Source of the DNA: a virus
Lineage: Duplodnaviria > Caudoviricetes
IMG/VR virus record: IMGVR_UViG_3300044983_000280
Coordinates: 1 to 39,923 of that record
Reading direction: 5' to 3' (one strand)
DNA length: 39,923 nt
Positions within the stretch are counted from its first letter, which is position 1; every line of letters starts with the position of its first letter. The position numbers and the translations under genes are program-made. Shown here one piece after another: positions 9,181 to 17,028 of the stretch. Below the pieces are notes generated by a model. The model was given only the letters and a program-made list of their open reading frames with translations. It was not told the origin of the DNA and searched no databases.

Positions 9181-9386
9181 CATGCCGACTCCTGCGGGGT
9201 GGTTTGTTCTTCATCCAACGGATAATGCTTGCTTAACCATTTTGCAGCATAATCATCTAACTCCTTTAGCATCTCAACAAATTCATTAGACTCATCCCCA
9301 TAACCTCGCAAGTAATCTGCAATACAAAGCTGCGCAAGTGCATATAATTTCATCTGCTTGAACTTGGCAGACATGTTTTTATACAA
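9180..9386 (-). CDS. Hypothetical protein
   Basis: AGGAGAG RBS, TTG start. Confidence 0.65.
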   Translation of the reverse strand: MYKNMSAKFKQMKLYALAQLCIADYLRGYGDESNEFVEMLKELDDYAAKWLSKHYPLDEEQTTPQESA

Positions 9387-9403
9387 TTTTCTCTCCTAAA
9401 TCT

Positions 9404-9431
9404 ATATCCGATAATGTCTGTTATTAGATAC
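9404..9431. repeat. dif-like 11-6-11 palindrome, copy 2
   Basis: ATATCCGATAA-TGTCTG-TTATTAGATAC. Shares the 13-mer TATATCCGATAAT with copy 1. Confidence 0.55.
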
Positions 9432-9636
9432 AGAGCACTTCAACCGTTATTGCATCGGGGTAATAATCATCATCGCTAGGTATGTGATAATCAGTACCGG
9501 TGTTTATTGAATCCACTTTCTCGATATGTGGGTCTGGATATAATACGTTGTGTCCTCTAATGGTGGGGAACAACTTTAACACAACCATATCCGGCGGATA
9601 CTTCCGCAGCTCTTCGATAAGTTCATTTACGGTCAT
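9424..9636 (-). CDS. Small protein, MTVNELIEELRKYP N-terminus
   Basis: Start overlaps the upstream stop. N-terminus shared with neighbours. Confidence 0.7.
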   Translation of the reverse strand: MTVNELIEELRKYPPDMVVLKLFPTIRGHNVLYPDPHIEKVDSINTGTDYHIPSDDDYYPDAITVEVLCI

Positions 9637-9845
9637 TCCTCTAACCCCTCCGTATATGCATGACCGTCCACAATCACATCGCTTGGAACCAAAACAGTAC
9701 ATTTATAATATTTTGATACCCCCACATTCTCCATTGTATGTCTGATACGATAATGACCAGGTTCACGTTTTCCAGCTATCCATATATTAACAACTTGATT
9801 TTGAGGATATTCACGAAGTTTTTCGATAAGTTCAGATACGGTCAC
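9633..9845 (-). CDS. Small protein, MTVSELIEKLREYP N-terminus
   Basis: GTG start with AAGGAG RBS. Confidence 0.7.
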   Translation of the reverse strand: MTVSELIEKLREYPQNQVVNIWIAGKREPGHYRIRHTMENVGVSKYYKCTVLVPSDVIVDGHAYTEGLEE

Positions 9846-10056
9846 GACAAACTCCTTGAAATTTAACCATGTGAACGTGATGCCCTCTTTTTAGAAGCTG
9901 CTCGCACACAAATCTCGCTTCCGCTTCATATTCGTATTTATGGTCTTTTAATATATCTTTTCTAAATTCTTCATTGAGCTGCGTTATATATATTGTCCAT
10001 AATGACAGGGCTTCACATTCGGCGCATGGTTCTTCGATAAGTTCAGCGACTGTCAT
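9832..10056 (-). CDS. Small protein, MTVAELIEE N-terminus
   Basis: ATGA coupling to the upstream gene. Confidence 0.65.
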   Translation of the reverse strand: MTVAELIEEPCAECEALSLWTIYITQLNEEFRKDILKDHKYEYEAEARFVCEQLLKRGHHVHMVKFQGVCRDRI

Positions 10057-10274
10057 ATAAAGCCCCGCGTACAACATTTTGAGCAATGAGATATATTTAG
10101 GGGCGGTGGTGGATTTTTTGGAAACGTATACTTAACCATTGGTTGTACAAGTCCTTTTTCGGTATAAAACAATGGCCCCGCTAACTCATAACCATCGTTC
10201 AATAATTCAGATACCTTTTCTTCGACTGCCCCAGCCCTGGGGTGAGAAATTATTATAAATTTAGCGACGGTCAT
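10053..10274 (-). CDS. DUF1737-like protein with a C-terminal CxxC
   Basis: VEEKVSELLNDGYELAGPL...LVQPMVK. Confidence 0.75.
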   Translation of the reverse strand: MTVAKFIIISHPRAGAVEEKVSELLNDGYELAGPLFYTEKGLVQPMVKYTFPKNPPPPLNISHCSKCCTRGFI

Positions 10275-10277
10275 TGA

Positions 10278-10463
10278 TTACCCCGCCAACAATAAACTTG
10301 TGGTATAAAATGTTACGCAACAAGTAACGAATGTGGTCAGAATTCCCAATAAACTGATACCGCAAACCGTTCCGTTTGATAACACGTGCCTATGGTTGAT
10401 CACATAAGCCGTAGTCCACCCGAAAGATACGCAACAAAGTCCAAAACATATTAATCTAAACAT
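10278..10463 (-). CDS. Small two-TM membrane protein
   Basis: Two hydrophobic Cys-rich segments. Confidence 0.6.
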   Translation of the reverse strand: MFRLICFGLCCVSFGWTTAYVINHRHVLSNGTVCGISLLGILTTFVTCCVTFYTTSLLLAG

Positions 10464-10816
10464 TACTTTTTCCTCGCAAACTCTTCAGAGTACAATTTAA
10501 ATAATGGCCACAGATCGGTTGCAGCATAATGGGGTAACTCTACGCAAATTCCCAAACGTTCGTTCGTCACTATGATCCCACAATCTCGCGAGTAAAGAGT
10601 AAAGTCGCCATTTTTCCCATGCAATACAACCCCTATTTCTTTTTGAAGTTCCTTCCATTTCTTTTCGGGCATGATCATTGGTTGAATGTATCGGTATGTC
10701 GCCCCTTCAACCGAAATAATGGTGCCGGCCAATTTGTACCCTTGCGCCAACTTTTCATTAATCTCTTTACGGAACGGTGCGCCGTCTGCGTGTTTAACCC
10801 AAATGTATCTATCCAT
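10463..10816 (-). CDS. DUF1737-like N-terminal domain protein
   Basis: EINEKLAQGYKLAG...YIQPMI. AGGAG RBS. Confidence 0.75.
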   Translation of the reverse strand: MDRYIWVKHADGAPFRKEINEKLAQGYKLAGTIISVEGATYRYIQPMIMPEKKWKELQKEIGVVLHGKNGDFTLYSRDCGIIVTNERLGICVELPHYAATDLWPLFKLYSEEFARKK

Positions 10817-10834
10817 TACTGTCTCCTATCAAGC

Positions 10835-10908
10835 GCACAAAGGCCGGATTCGAACCGGCAACCAAAGATTATGGGTCGATTGCTTTGCCATAATTAAGCT
10901 ACTTTGTG
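10835..10908 (-). tRNA. tRNA-like gene, anticodon CAT (Met/Ile2), aberrant anticodon stem
   Basis: Acceptor stem CACAAAG/CTTTGTG, D stem GCTT/AAGC, T arm GCCGG-TTCGAAT-CCGGC, anticodon loop CCCATAA. The anticodon stem ATCGA/TCTTT has two mismatches and no CCA is encoded. Confidence 0.75.
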
Positions 10909-11516
10909 CATGTGTTAACTTTCTTTTCTTTTTCCATGATCTCTAACATTTTCCACGAGTTAAGAGCAGCAGCCAATCCAATAACAATGTGTTGCATATC
11001 AAGTTTCTCAGAAATTGTGACGCGAACCCCTTTTGGCCCTTCTATAGTCGCGAAGTCGCCCGGTGCATAATCTATCTTTAAACCCATATATCTAACGCAA
11101 ACCGCCATATTTTTTGGGTAAAGTTCCACAAACGGATACGCGTATCCCTCGCTTTGCTTATACACATGGATCGTTCTGTCTAAGATGTCATCAATGAAAT
11201 CACCCAAATGCGCTGCGTCTTCATTGAATTCTTTTTTAAGCGCTTCATTACAACTTTTTTTAATTGCTTCGGCTTGTCCTTTGGTCACTTCAACTGGTTT
11301 TGTATGATTGTCGTCAAATCGCATTGTTGGCTCCTGCTCTACTTCCGTTTTTCCTTTCACCCATTCGTTAACCTCTTCACGAATCCATCGCACGGAACGT
11401 TTACCTATCTTTATTGGCTTTGGAAACTGGTTGCTTTCCACCAACTGATAGACCTTTGATCCCGAAACCTTGGTAAGCTGCTTAATGTCGTGTAACTTTA
11501 AAAACTTGTTCTTCAT
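10899..11516 (-). CDS. alpA: AlpA-family HTH regulator fused to an unknown C-terminal domain
   Basis: FLKLHDIKQLTKVSGSKVYQLVESNQFPKPIKIGKRSVRWIREEVNEW. Confidence 0.85.
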   Translation of the reverse strand: MKNKFLKLHDIKQLTKVSGSKVYQLVESNQFPKPIKIGKRSVRWIREEVNEWVKGKTEVEQEPTMRFDDNHTKPVEVTKGQAEAIKKSCNEALKKEFNEDAAHLGDFIDDILDRTIHVYKQSEGYAYPFVELYPKNMAVCVRYMGLKIDYAPGDFATIEGPKGVRVTISEKLDMQHIVIGLAAALNSWKMLEIMEKEKKVNTCTK

Positions 11517-11534
11517 CCATGTTCCTTAGTCTCT

Positions 11535-11765
11535 TTAATGTTTCGTATCCTCTTTGACAGAATCCAGCAATATTTTAAACGCGTTAACCATATTTTCTTT
11601 GTTTGCCTTCATATGTTCTGGCCTAGCAAGAAGACCGTGTGATAACTCAGACACTACATATGCCAGCAACGTTGCAATCACGACATGCCCCGACATTTCT
11701 TGTTTACGTTCCAGATGGCAAGCAAATGTGGTGTGCAACGCGTTCATCAATTCATCATCAATCAT
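11535..11765 (-). CDS. Hypothetical protein
   Basis: Coupled ORF within the cassette. Confidence 0.65.
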   Translation of the reverse strand: MIDDELMNALHTTFACHLERKQEMSGHVVIATLLAYVVSELSHGLLARPEHMKANKENMVNAFKILLDSVKEDTKH

Positions 11766-12096
11766 TGGTTAATAACTTCCTTTGTTCATCAACGAGCTTT
11801 AAATGACCGGCGATGGCTTCCTCTTTTGTGCAATATCGTTCTTGCTCTCCACTAGATTCGCCACCGAATACCATTGATTCCCACAATATGGGTCGGGATT
11901 CGTCAGAAAATCCATGATTGTGATCCAGTCCAAGGAACACGGTAGACACATATACGTCAGGATTTGTTTTAAGCATTGTGCGGGATAAAATCCGCTGCAA
12001 GATGGTCGATCTTTCTTCCATCCATGTGCCCCATACCATCAGGTCGTTGCACGCGACGGGATTACCCTCATTGTCGAGGATATATTTTTTGGTCAT
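11758..12096 (-). CDS. Conserved phage protein (VSTVFLGLDH motif)
   Basis: VSTVFLGLDHNH...LWESMVFGG...ERYCT.EEA..GH. Confidence 0.8.
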   Translation of the reverse strand: MTKKYILDNEGNPVACNDLMVWGTWMEERSTILQRILSRTMLKTNPDVYVSTVFLGLDHNHGFSDESRPILWESMVFGGESSGEQERYCTKEEAIAGHLKLVDEQRKLLTND

Positions 12097-12110
12097 TGCG
12101 CATATCTCCA

Positions 12111-12150
12111 TGTACATTGGCCGGATTCGAAATCGTCAATCATCGAATTA
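12111..12150 (-). pseudogene. Decayed tRNA 3' half
   Basis: Shares GGCCGGATTCGAA (12119-12131) with the tRNA at 10842-10854. Flanks are alignable. Confidence 0.5.
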
Positions 12151-12291
12151 CTCTTTTATATAAAAATTTGTGAAAATTCCCTTTATTCCAGGAAATTGAT
12201 CGCGATAGTAAAATAGCCAGCACAAAAAATGTATGAAAAAGAAATAGCCAACCATCATAAGCACCATGAACGTTACTACCGCGACTATCAT
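12148..12291 (-). CDS. Small membrane protein (47 aa, not in the ORF track)
   Basis: MIVAVVTFMVLMMVGYFFFIHFLCWLFYY... Confidence 0.55.
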   Translation of the reverse strand: MIVAVVTFMVLMMVGYFFFIHFLCWLFYYRDQFPGIKGIFTNFYIKE

Positions 12292-12294
12292 TGG

Positions 12295-12510
12295 TTAGTC
12301 AGAGCATTTTGGACAGGTAAACAGATATTTTCCGCGTGCAACCTCTTCAACTTCGTCAAAATCTTGATGGGTTATAACGGCCTGTAACACATAGCCCTCA
12401 AATTGAATGAGTGGCCCATGGGGTTCATACCCTTTCCCGATATACTTATTAACGGCATATTGAAGGTCATTTGGGGTAGTGTCTTTTAGTATTACGTATT
12501 TGTCTTTCAT
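12295..12510 (-). CDS. DUF1737-like protein with a C-terminal CxxC
   Basis: LQYAVNKYIGKGYEPHGPL...VLQAVI and CPKC. GGAG RBS. Confidence 0.75.
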   Translation of the reverse strand: MKDKYVILKDTTPNDLQYAVNKYIGKGYEPHGPLIQFEGYVLQAVITHQDFDEVEEVARGKYLFTCPKCSD

Positions 12511-12542
12511 TTGTTATATCTCCATTCCAAGAAGTGATTTGC

Positions 12543-12573
12543 ATATCATATGTCATTACACCTAAACAATCAA
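12543..12573 (-). promoter_or_regulatory. Cassette promoter, twin of the promoter at 1073-1103
   Basis: Minus strand TTGATT, 17 bp, TATGAT, with GTGTAATGACATATGATAT identical to 1085-1103. Confidence 0.75.
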
Positions 12574-12589
12574 TCGTCATTGATATATC

Positions 12590-12853
12590 ATGAAAGGTGT
12601 GCCGGCCAAAAAGGGAATTTTCGTGGCAAAATATATCCCCGTTCGATGCAGTGAAATATTGAAAGCAGTCAATGCCCCGTATGTCTGTTGTGACGCCTGT
12701 CATGACCAGGAAAGCGGTGAACACGGAAAAAGCACCATCACGTACATTGGGAAATATGCAAGCCGACTTTGTTGTTATGCGGTATATTATCTACATCACG
12801 AAGCGGAAATCGAAGGATTGATTGACGATTATGTCTTCCCCGGCAAGAAATGA
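12590..12853 (+). CDS. Cys/His-rich hypothetical protein
   Basis: CCDACH...LCC. Overlaps the terL start. Confidence 0.5.
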   Translation: MKGVPAKKGIFVAKYIPVRCSEILKAVNAPYVCCDACHDQESGEHGKSTITYIGKYASRLCCYAVYYLHHEAEIEGLIDDYVFPGKK

Positions 12854-14393
12854 CGAAGTAGAAGAGTTAAAGGCCGAATTATTGGGGTCATTTTTGCTCT
12901 TTGTGCAGACATTTTTCCCATTGGTGACCGGAAAACCGTTCATTATCTCCAATCCCCCGGGTCGCGAGTCTCATTTCATCACAATTGCCAAGGAACTGAC
13001 GCTTGTTTTTAGGATGCAGTGCAACGCATTAAGCATTCAAGTGCCCCCCGGATCGGGCAAATCTACCCTTTTGTCCATGTTTGTGGCTTGGACGATGGCA
13101 AAGTTCCAGAATTCCCAATATCTATACATCAGTTATTCGCATGAGTTGGCCAGTAAGCACACGGCGTTTATCAAACAAATAATTGAGTGCCGGCAATATA
13201 AAGAGCTTTTCGGTATCAAAGTACGGTCAGATTCCCGGGCAAAAGACTTCTTTCAGACAGAACAGGGCGCGTCGGTCAAGGCGTTTGGTTCCAGCGGGTC
13301 AATCACGGGTCAGGATGCCGGTTTGCCCCATTCAGAACATTTTACAGGTTGCGTAATCATGGATGACTGTCACAAGCCCGGTGAAGTCCATTCAGATACC
13401 GTTCGTCAGTCGGTGATACAGAATTACCGAGAAACCATTTTGCAGCGTCCACGTGCCCCCAACGTCGCCATGATATACATCGGGCAGCGGTTGCACGAAG
13501 ATGATTTGCCGGCATATCTCTTATCTGGAAAAGATGTGCGGGTATGGAAACCGGTCGTATTAAAGGCGCTCGATGAGGCTGGTAACGCGTTATACCCCGA
13601 AGTTAACCCATTGTCCCAGTTACTCGAACAGCAAGAGAAAAACCCGTATGTGTTCGCCTCTCAATACCAACAGAACCCAATACCGGCGGGCGGTGCCCTC
13701 TTTAAACCCGAAAACTTTGTTTTGTTAGATGAAGAACCCGAAATATTGCTGACATTCATCACTGCCGATACCGCCGAGACCAATAAATCCTATAATGACG
13801 CTACGGCATTCTCGTTTTGGGGCCTGTATGAGATAGAAGAGATGGGCATTAAAACGGGTCAAACTGGCCTACACTCTTTAGATGCCGTAGAATTACGGAT
13901 TGAACCCAAAGACCTACGCGCCGAATTTATGTCCTTTTATGGCGATTGCATGTTGCACAAAGTCAAACCGTTAATTGCAGCCATCGAAAAGAAGAGTACC
14001 GGCGTCACATTATGTAGTGTGTTACAAGATATGCGGGGGTTATCGATACGCGAGGTCAAGCGTACCAAGGCGTCGGGTTCCAAAACTGACCGTTACTTGG
14101 AGATGCAGCCCATCATTGCGTCAAAACTGGTATCCTTTACAAAAGGGGCGAAGCACACCGACACATTCATTAATCACATGATGAAGATAACGGCCAACGA
14201 CACCCACCGACACGATGATTTATGCGACACGATGTATGATGCCATAAAACTAACTCTAATTGATAAGACCCTTAACATATCTCAAAACCAGGATGGTTCG
14301 CATATAGTTAAGTCAATGGCCCAAGAGATGAACAACCGATTTGCAGCAAGGACGCGAGCATATGGCAATCAAAACGGATGGCTCCACAGATAA
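12831..14393 (+). CDS. terL: Terminase large subunit
   Basis: Walker A VPPGSGKST, Walker B VIMDD, QRLHEDD, SQYQQNP, nuclease ADTA and HDDLCD. Confidence 0.95.
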   Translation: MSSPARNDEVEELKAELLGSFLLFVQTFFPLVTGKPFIISNPPGRESHFITIAKELTLVFRMQCNALSIQVPPGSGKSTLLSMFVAWTMAKFQNSQYLYISYSHELASKHTAFIKQIIECRQYKELFGIKVRSDSRAKDFFQTEQGASVKAFGSSGSITGQDAGLPHSEHFTGCVIMDDCHKPGEVHSDTVRQSVIQNYRETILQRPRAPNVAMIYIGQRLHEDDLPAYLLSGKDVRVWKPVVLKALDEAGNALYPEVNPLSQLLEQQEKNPYVFASQYQQNPIPAGGALFKPENFVLLDEEPEILLTFITADTAETNKSYNDATAFSFWGLYEIEEMGIKTGQTGLHSLDAVELRIEPKDLRAEFMSFYGDCMLHKVKPLIAAIEKKSTGVTLCSVLQDMRGLSIREVKRTKASGSKTDRYLEMQPIIASKLVSFTKGAKHTDTFINHMMKITANDTHRHDDLCDTMYDAIKLTLIDKTLNISQNQDGSHIVKSMAQEMNNRFAARTRAYGNQNGWLHR

Positions 14394-16518
14394 GCGTTTA
14401 AAAAAGTTAAAAGAGTTAAACGAAAGTGGAAGCAAGTTAAATGAATTAAAGAAGAAGGTCGAAAATTCGTACCAGTATTGGCGTAAGAATTCCGAGCGGT
14501 TTAAAGAGTTCATGCGGTTCATTTTCGACACATCATTAACCAATGAAGACGTCGAGAAATTAAAAGCCCTCAAGAAACCGACACTCGAATTTAATGTGCT
14601 GGAATCGATTATATCGCGCCTACGCGGGGAGTTCGCCAAGCAAGAGCCGTCCATTATGGTCAGGGCAGCCGACGGTGTTCCCCTCGTTAAAATGACCGAT
14701 GAATTCCTTGCCACGTCCAAGATGCTGGAAAATCACATGCGGGCCTCAATTCTGGACTCCGAAAACGAGGGATTGGCATACCGTGTGCATACCGACCAGT
14801 TGGGCGGGGGATTCTCCGTCATGAAGGTATTCAATGATTACATTAACGAGTTGTCATTTGATCAAAAGATTTATGTCCAGCGCGTTTTCGATCCGACCTT
14901 AACCTTTTTCGATCCAATGGCCCGTGAACCGCATAAAGGTGACGGAAATTATTGTGGTGAATTATTCCCTCGCACAAAAGAAGAATTCGAGGTTGAATTC
15001 GGTAAGGGAATGGCAGAGGAGATGCGATTTTGTCGCGATGTGGGGTCATTTAACTGGACATATCCCCAGCAACAGCAGGATGTTATTCTGGTTTGTGAGT
15101 TCTTCGAAAAGAAAAAGAAAAAGGTCAAAATCGTCAAAATCTCCACGGGCCACGTCGTTACCGAAAAGCATTACGAGGAACTGTTGGAGAGATGGGAAGC
15201 CAAGGGATTCATCGAGCAACCCCCAGTGATTGTGTCGGCCAGGGTGACCGAAATGGAAACCATTGTGCGGTATCGTTTCTGTGAAAACAAGATACTGTCG
15301 TATGACGAAACCGATTACAAATACCTGCCCCTTGTATTCGTGGACGGAAATTCCATCGACGTAAGTGATACCGTCACGGGTGCCTCTTGCCAGATGACGC
15401 GCCCATATCCCTACCACGCCAAGGGCATCCAACAATTAAAGAACTTTTGTGGCCAGACCGTGGGTGCGGAAGTTGAAAACATGGTGCAACATAAATTCAA
15501 GGTTGCCGTTGAATCCATCCCCGATGACTTTATGGAAGCTTACCGGAACGTACAACAAGCCGACACATTGATGTATCACGCGTTCTTGAAAGGCGATACA
15601 AATACCCCGCTTCCCCCTCCAATGGAAATTCAACGTACCCCAACCCCTCCCATTGTTGAAAATACGTTTATGGGTGCTGACAGAGTGACCCAGGCCATTT
15701 TAGGGGCATACGACAGCGTATTGGGCATTAACGATAAAGATGTGTCGGGTGTTGCGATCAGCAATGGCGCAATCCAGTCAGCAACAGCCAGCACACCATA
15801 TTTGGTGAGTTACATCCAGGCACTGAACCGGGTGGCGGTCATTCTCTTGGATTTGATCCCCAAATATTATGTAACGCCCCGTTCCTTACCAATCATGACT
15901 CCCGACGGAAAGCGCAGTTATCAAATTATCAATAACGACGAAGATCCGAACAGCATCAAGATGGGTTATCAGCCTCAAGAGTTGGACGTCAAAGTCGAAG
16001 CCGGCGTCAATACCTCCATGCAAAAACAGGTCGCGTTAGACCAAATCATCCGCATGATGCAAGCCAGCCCATTGTTCGCCGAATTCATTAACACCGAGGG
16101 ACTCGAAACCTTGATGGATAACCTCGATATTAGAGGAATCGACGAATTGAAAGTACGTGCCGGCAAGTTCATGCAAGCCATGAAGCAGCAACAAGAAGCC
16201 CAATCCCAGCAGCCAGACCCACAACAAGAGATGTTGAAAATGGCCATGGAAGTTGAGCAAGCCAAGGTTGAGCAGCAACGCGAGCGTGCCGAAGGTGAGT
16301 TGGCCGTCAGTTCTGCCAAGGTCGCCATCGAGCAGCAAAAGACCGAAGCCCAGGTCATGCAAATCATGAATGAAATCGAATTAAGCCAAGGCAAATTGCA
16401 GTTGGAAGGCGAAAAGGTAGCCAGCAAAGCCGCCCAAGATGCCGTCGAGTTCGCGTTACGGTTAAATCAGGAACACATCGATGCCAAGAGAGAAGAAAGA
16501 GAAGAAAAGTCCGAGTAA
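14362..16518 (+). CDS. P22-like portal protein
   Basis: About 720 aa directly after terL. P.LEFN, FDPMARE, SGVAI motifs and a long C-terminal coiled coil. Confidence 0.9.
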   Translation: MAIKTDGSTDKRLKKLKELNESGSKLNELKKKVENSYQYWRKNSERFKEFMRFIFDTSLTNEDVEKLKALKKPTLEFNVLESIISRLRGEFAKQEPSIMVRAADGVPLVKMTDEFLATSKMLENHMRASILDSENEGLAYRVHTDQLGGGFSVMKVFNDYINELSFDQKIYVQRVFDPTLTFFDPMAREPHKGDGNYCGELFPRTKEEFEVEFGKGMAEEMRFCRDVGSFNWTYPQQQQDVILVCEFFEKKKKKVKIVKISTGHVVTEKHYEELLERWEAKGFIEQPPVIVSARVTEMETIVRYRFCENKILSYDETDYKYLPLVFVDGNSIDVSDTVTGASCQMTRPYPYHAKGIQQLKNFCGQTVGAEVENMVQHKFKVAVESIPDDFMEAYRNVQQADTLMYHAFLKGDTNTPLPPPMEIQRTPTPPIVENTFMGADRVTQAILGAYDSVLGINDKDVSGVAISNGAIQSATASTPYLVSYIQALNRVAVILLDLIPKYYVTPRSLPIMTPDGKRSYQIINNDEDPNSIKMGYQPQELDVKVEAGVNTSMQKQVALDQIIRMMQASPLFAEFINTEGLETLMDNLDIRGIDELKVRAGKFMQAMKQQQEAQSQQPDPQQEMLKMAMEVEQAKVEQQRERAEGELAVSSAKVAIEQQKTEAQVMQIMNEIELSQGKLQLEGEKVASKAAQDAVEFALRLNQEHIDAKREEREEKSE

Positions 16519-16552
16519 TCCATTTTCCCAGCCATGGTTTGATTGGTCGACA

Positions 16553-16708
16553 ATGGATTCGGTCGAGATACGCAAGGCCATTCGATTGGTGTGCATGATC
16601 CTACGTTCGAACGCGGTATCAGAAAGTCGGATAACCAAATTAATAAAAGACATGGGGTTCTTGCCAAAGGATTTTGTGGATGTATCGAAAGAAGGAAGAG
16701 GTTCGTAA
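16553..16708 (+). CDS. Small hypothetical protein
   Basis: MDSVEIRKAIRLVCMILR..., weak RBS. Confidence 0.4.
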   Translation: MDSVEIRKAIRLVCMILRSNAVSESRITKLIKDMGFLPKDFVDVSKEGRGS

Positions 16709-16812
16709 AGAGCGCGTGTACAAAAATATGCGCAACGAGATTTTAGGAAGTCCGAAGGTAATTCGGTTGATGGATTTATGGAAAGTGCCGGCACAATTAA
16801 TCAGGGAGTCAG

Positions 16813-17028
16813 ATGATGGCCAAGTTAAGTTCGAAAGCAAGAAATAAGTTACCGAAATCGTCGTTTGCAGAGCCGAGCGATCGAAAATACCCAATTAATG
16901 ACAAGAATCATGCCAAAAATGCCCTGGCCCGTGTTGCCCAGCAAGAAAATAAAGGCAACATATCCGCCAGCGCTGCCGATAAGGTCAAAGCGAAAGCCAG
17001 AAAGGTATTAAAAAAGGGTAAAAAATAA
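16813..17028 (+). CDS. Small basic phage protein
   Basis: KLSSKARNKLPKSSFA...RKYPINDKNHAKNALAR. GGGAG RBS. Confidence 0.8.
   Translation: MMAKLSSKARNKLPKSSFAEPSDRKYPINDKNHAKNALARVAQQENKGNISASAADKVKAKARKVLKKGKK

Noticed and set aside
10909-12110. AlpA-bearing integrated satellite flanked by tRNA att sites
   Set aside because: There is no integrase, and the tRNA fragment lies upstream of the full tRNA, opposite to the normal attL/attR order.
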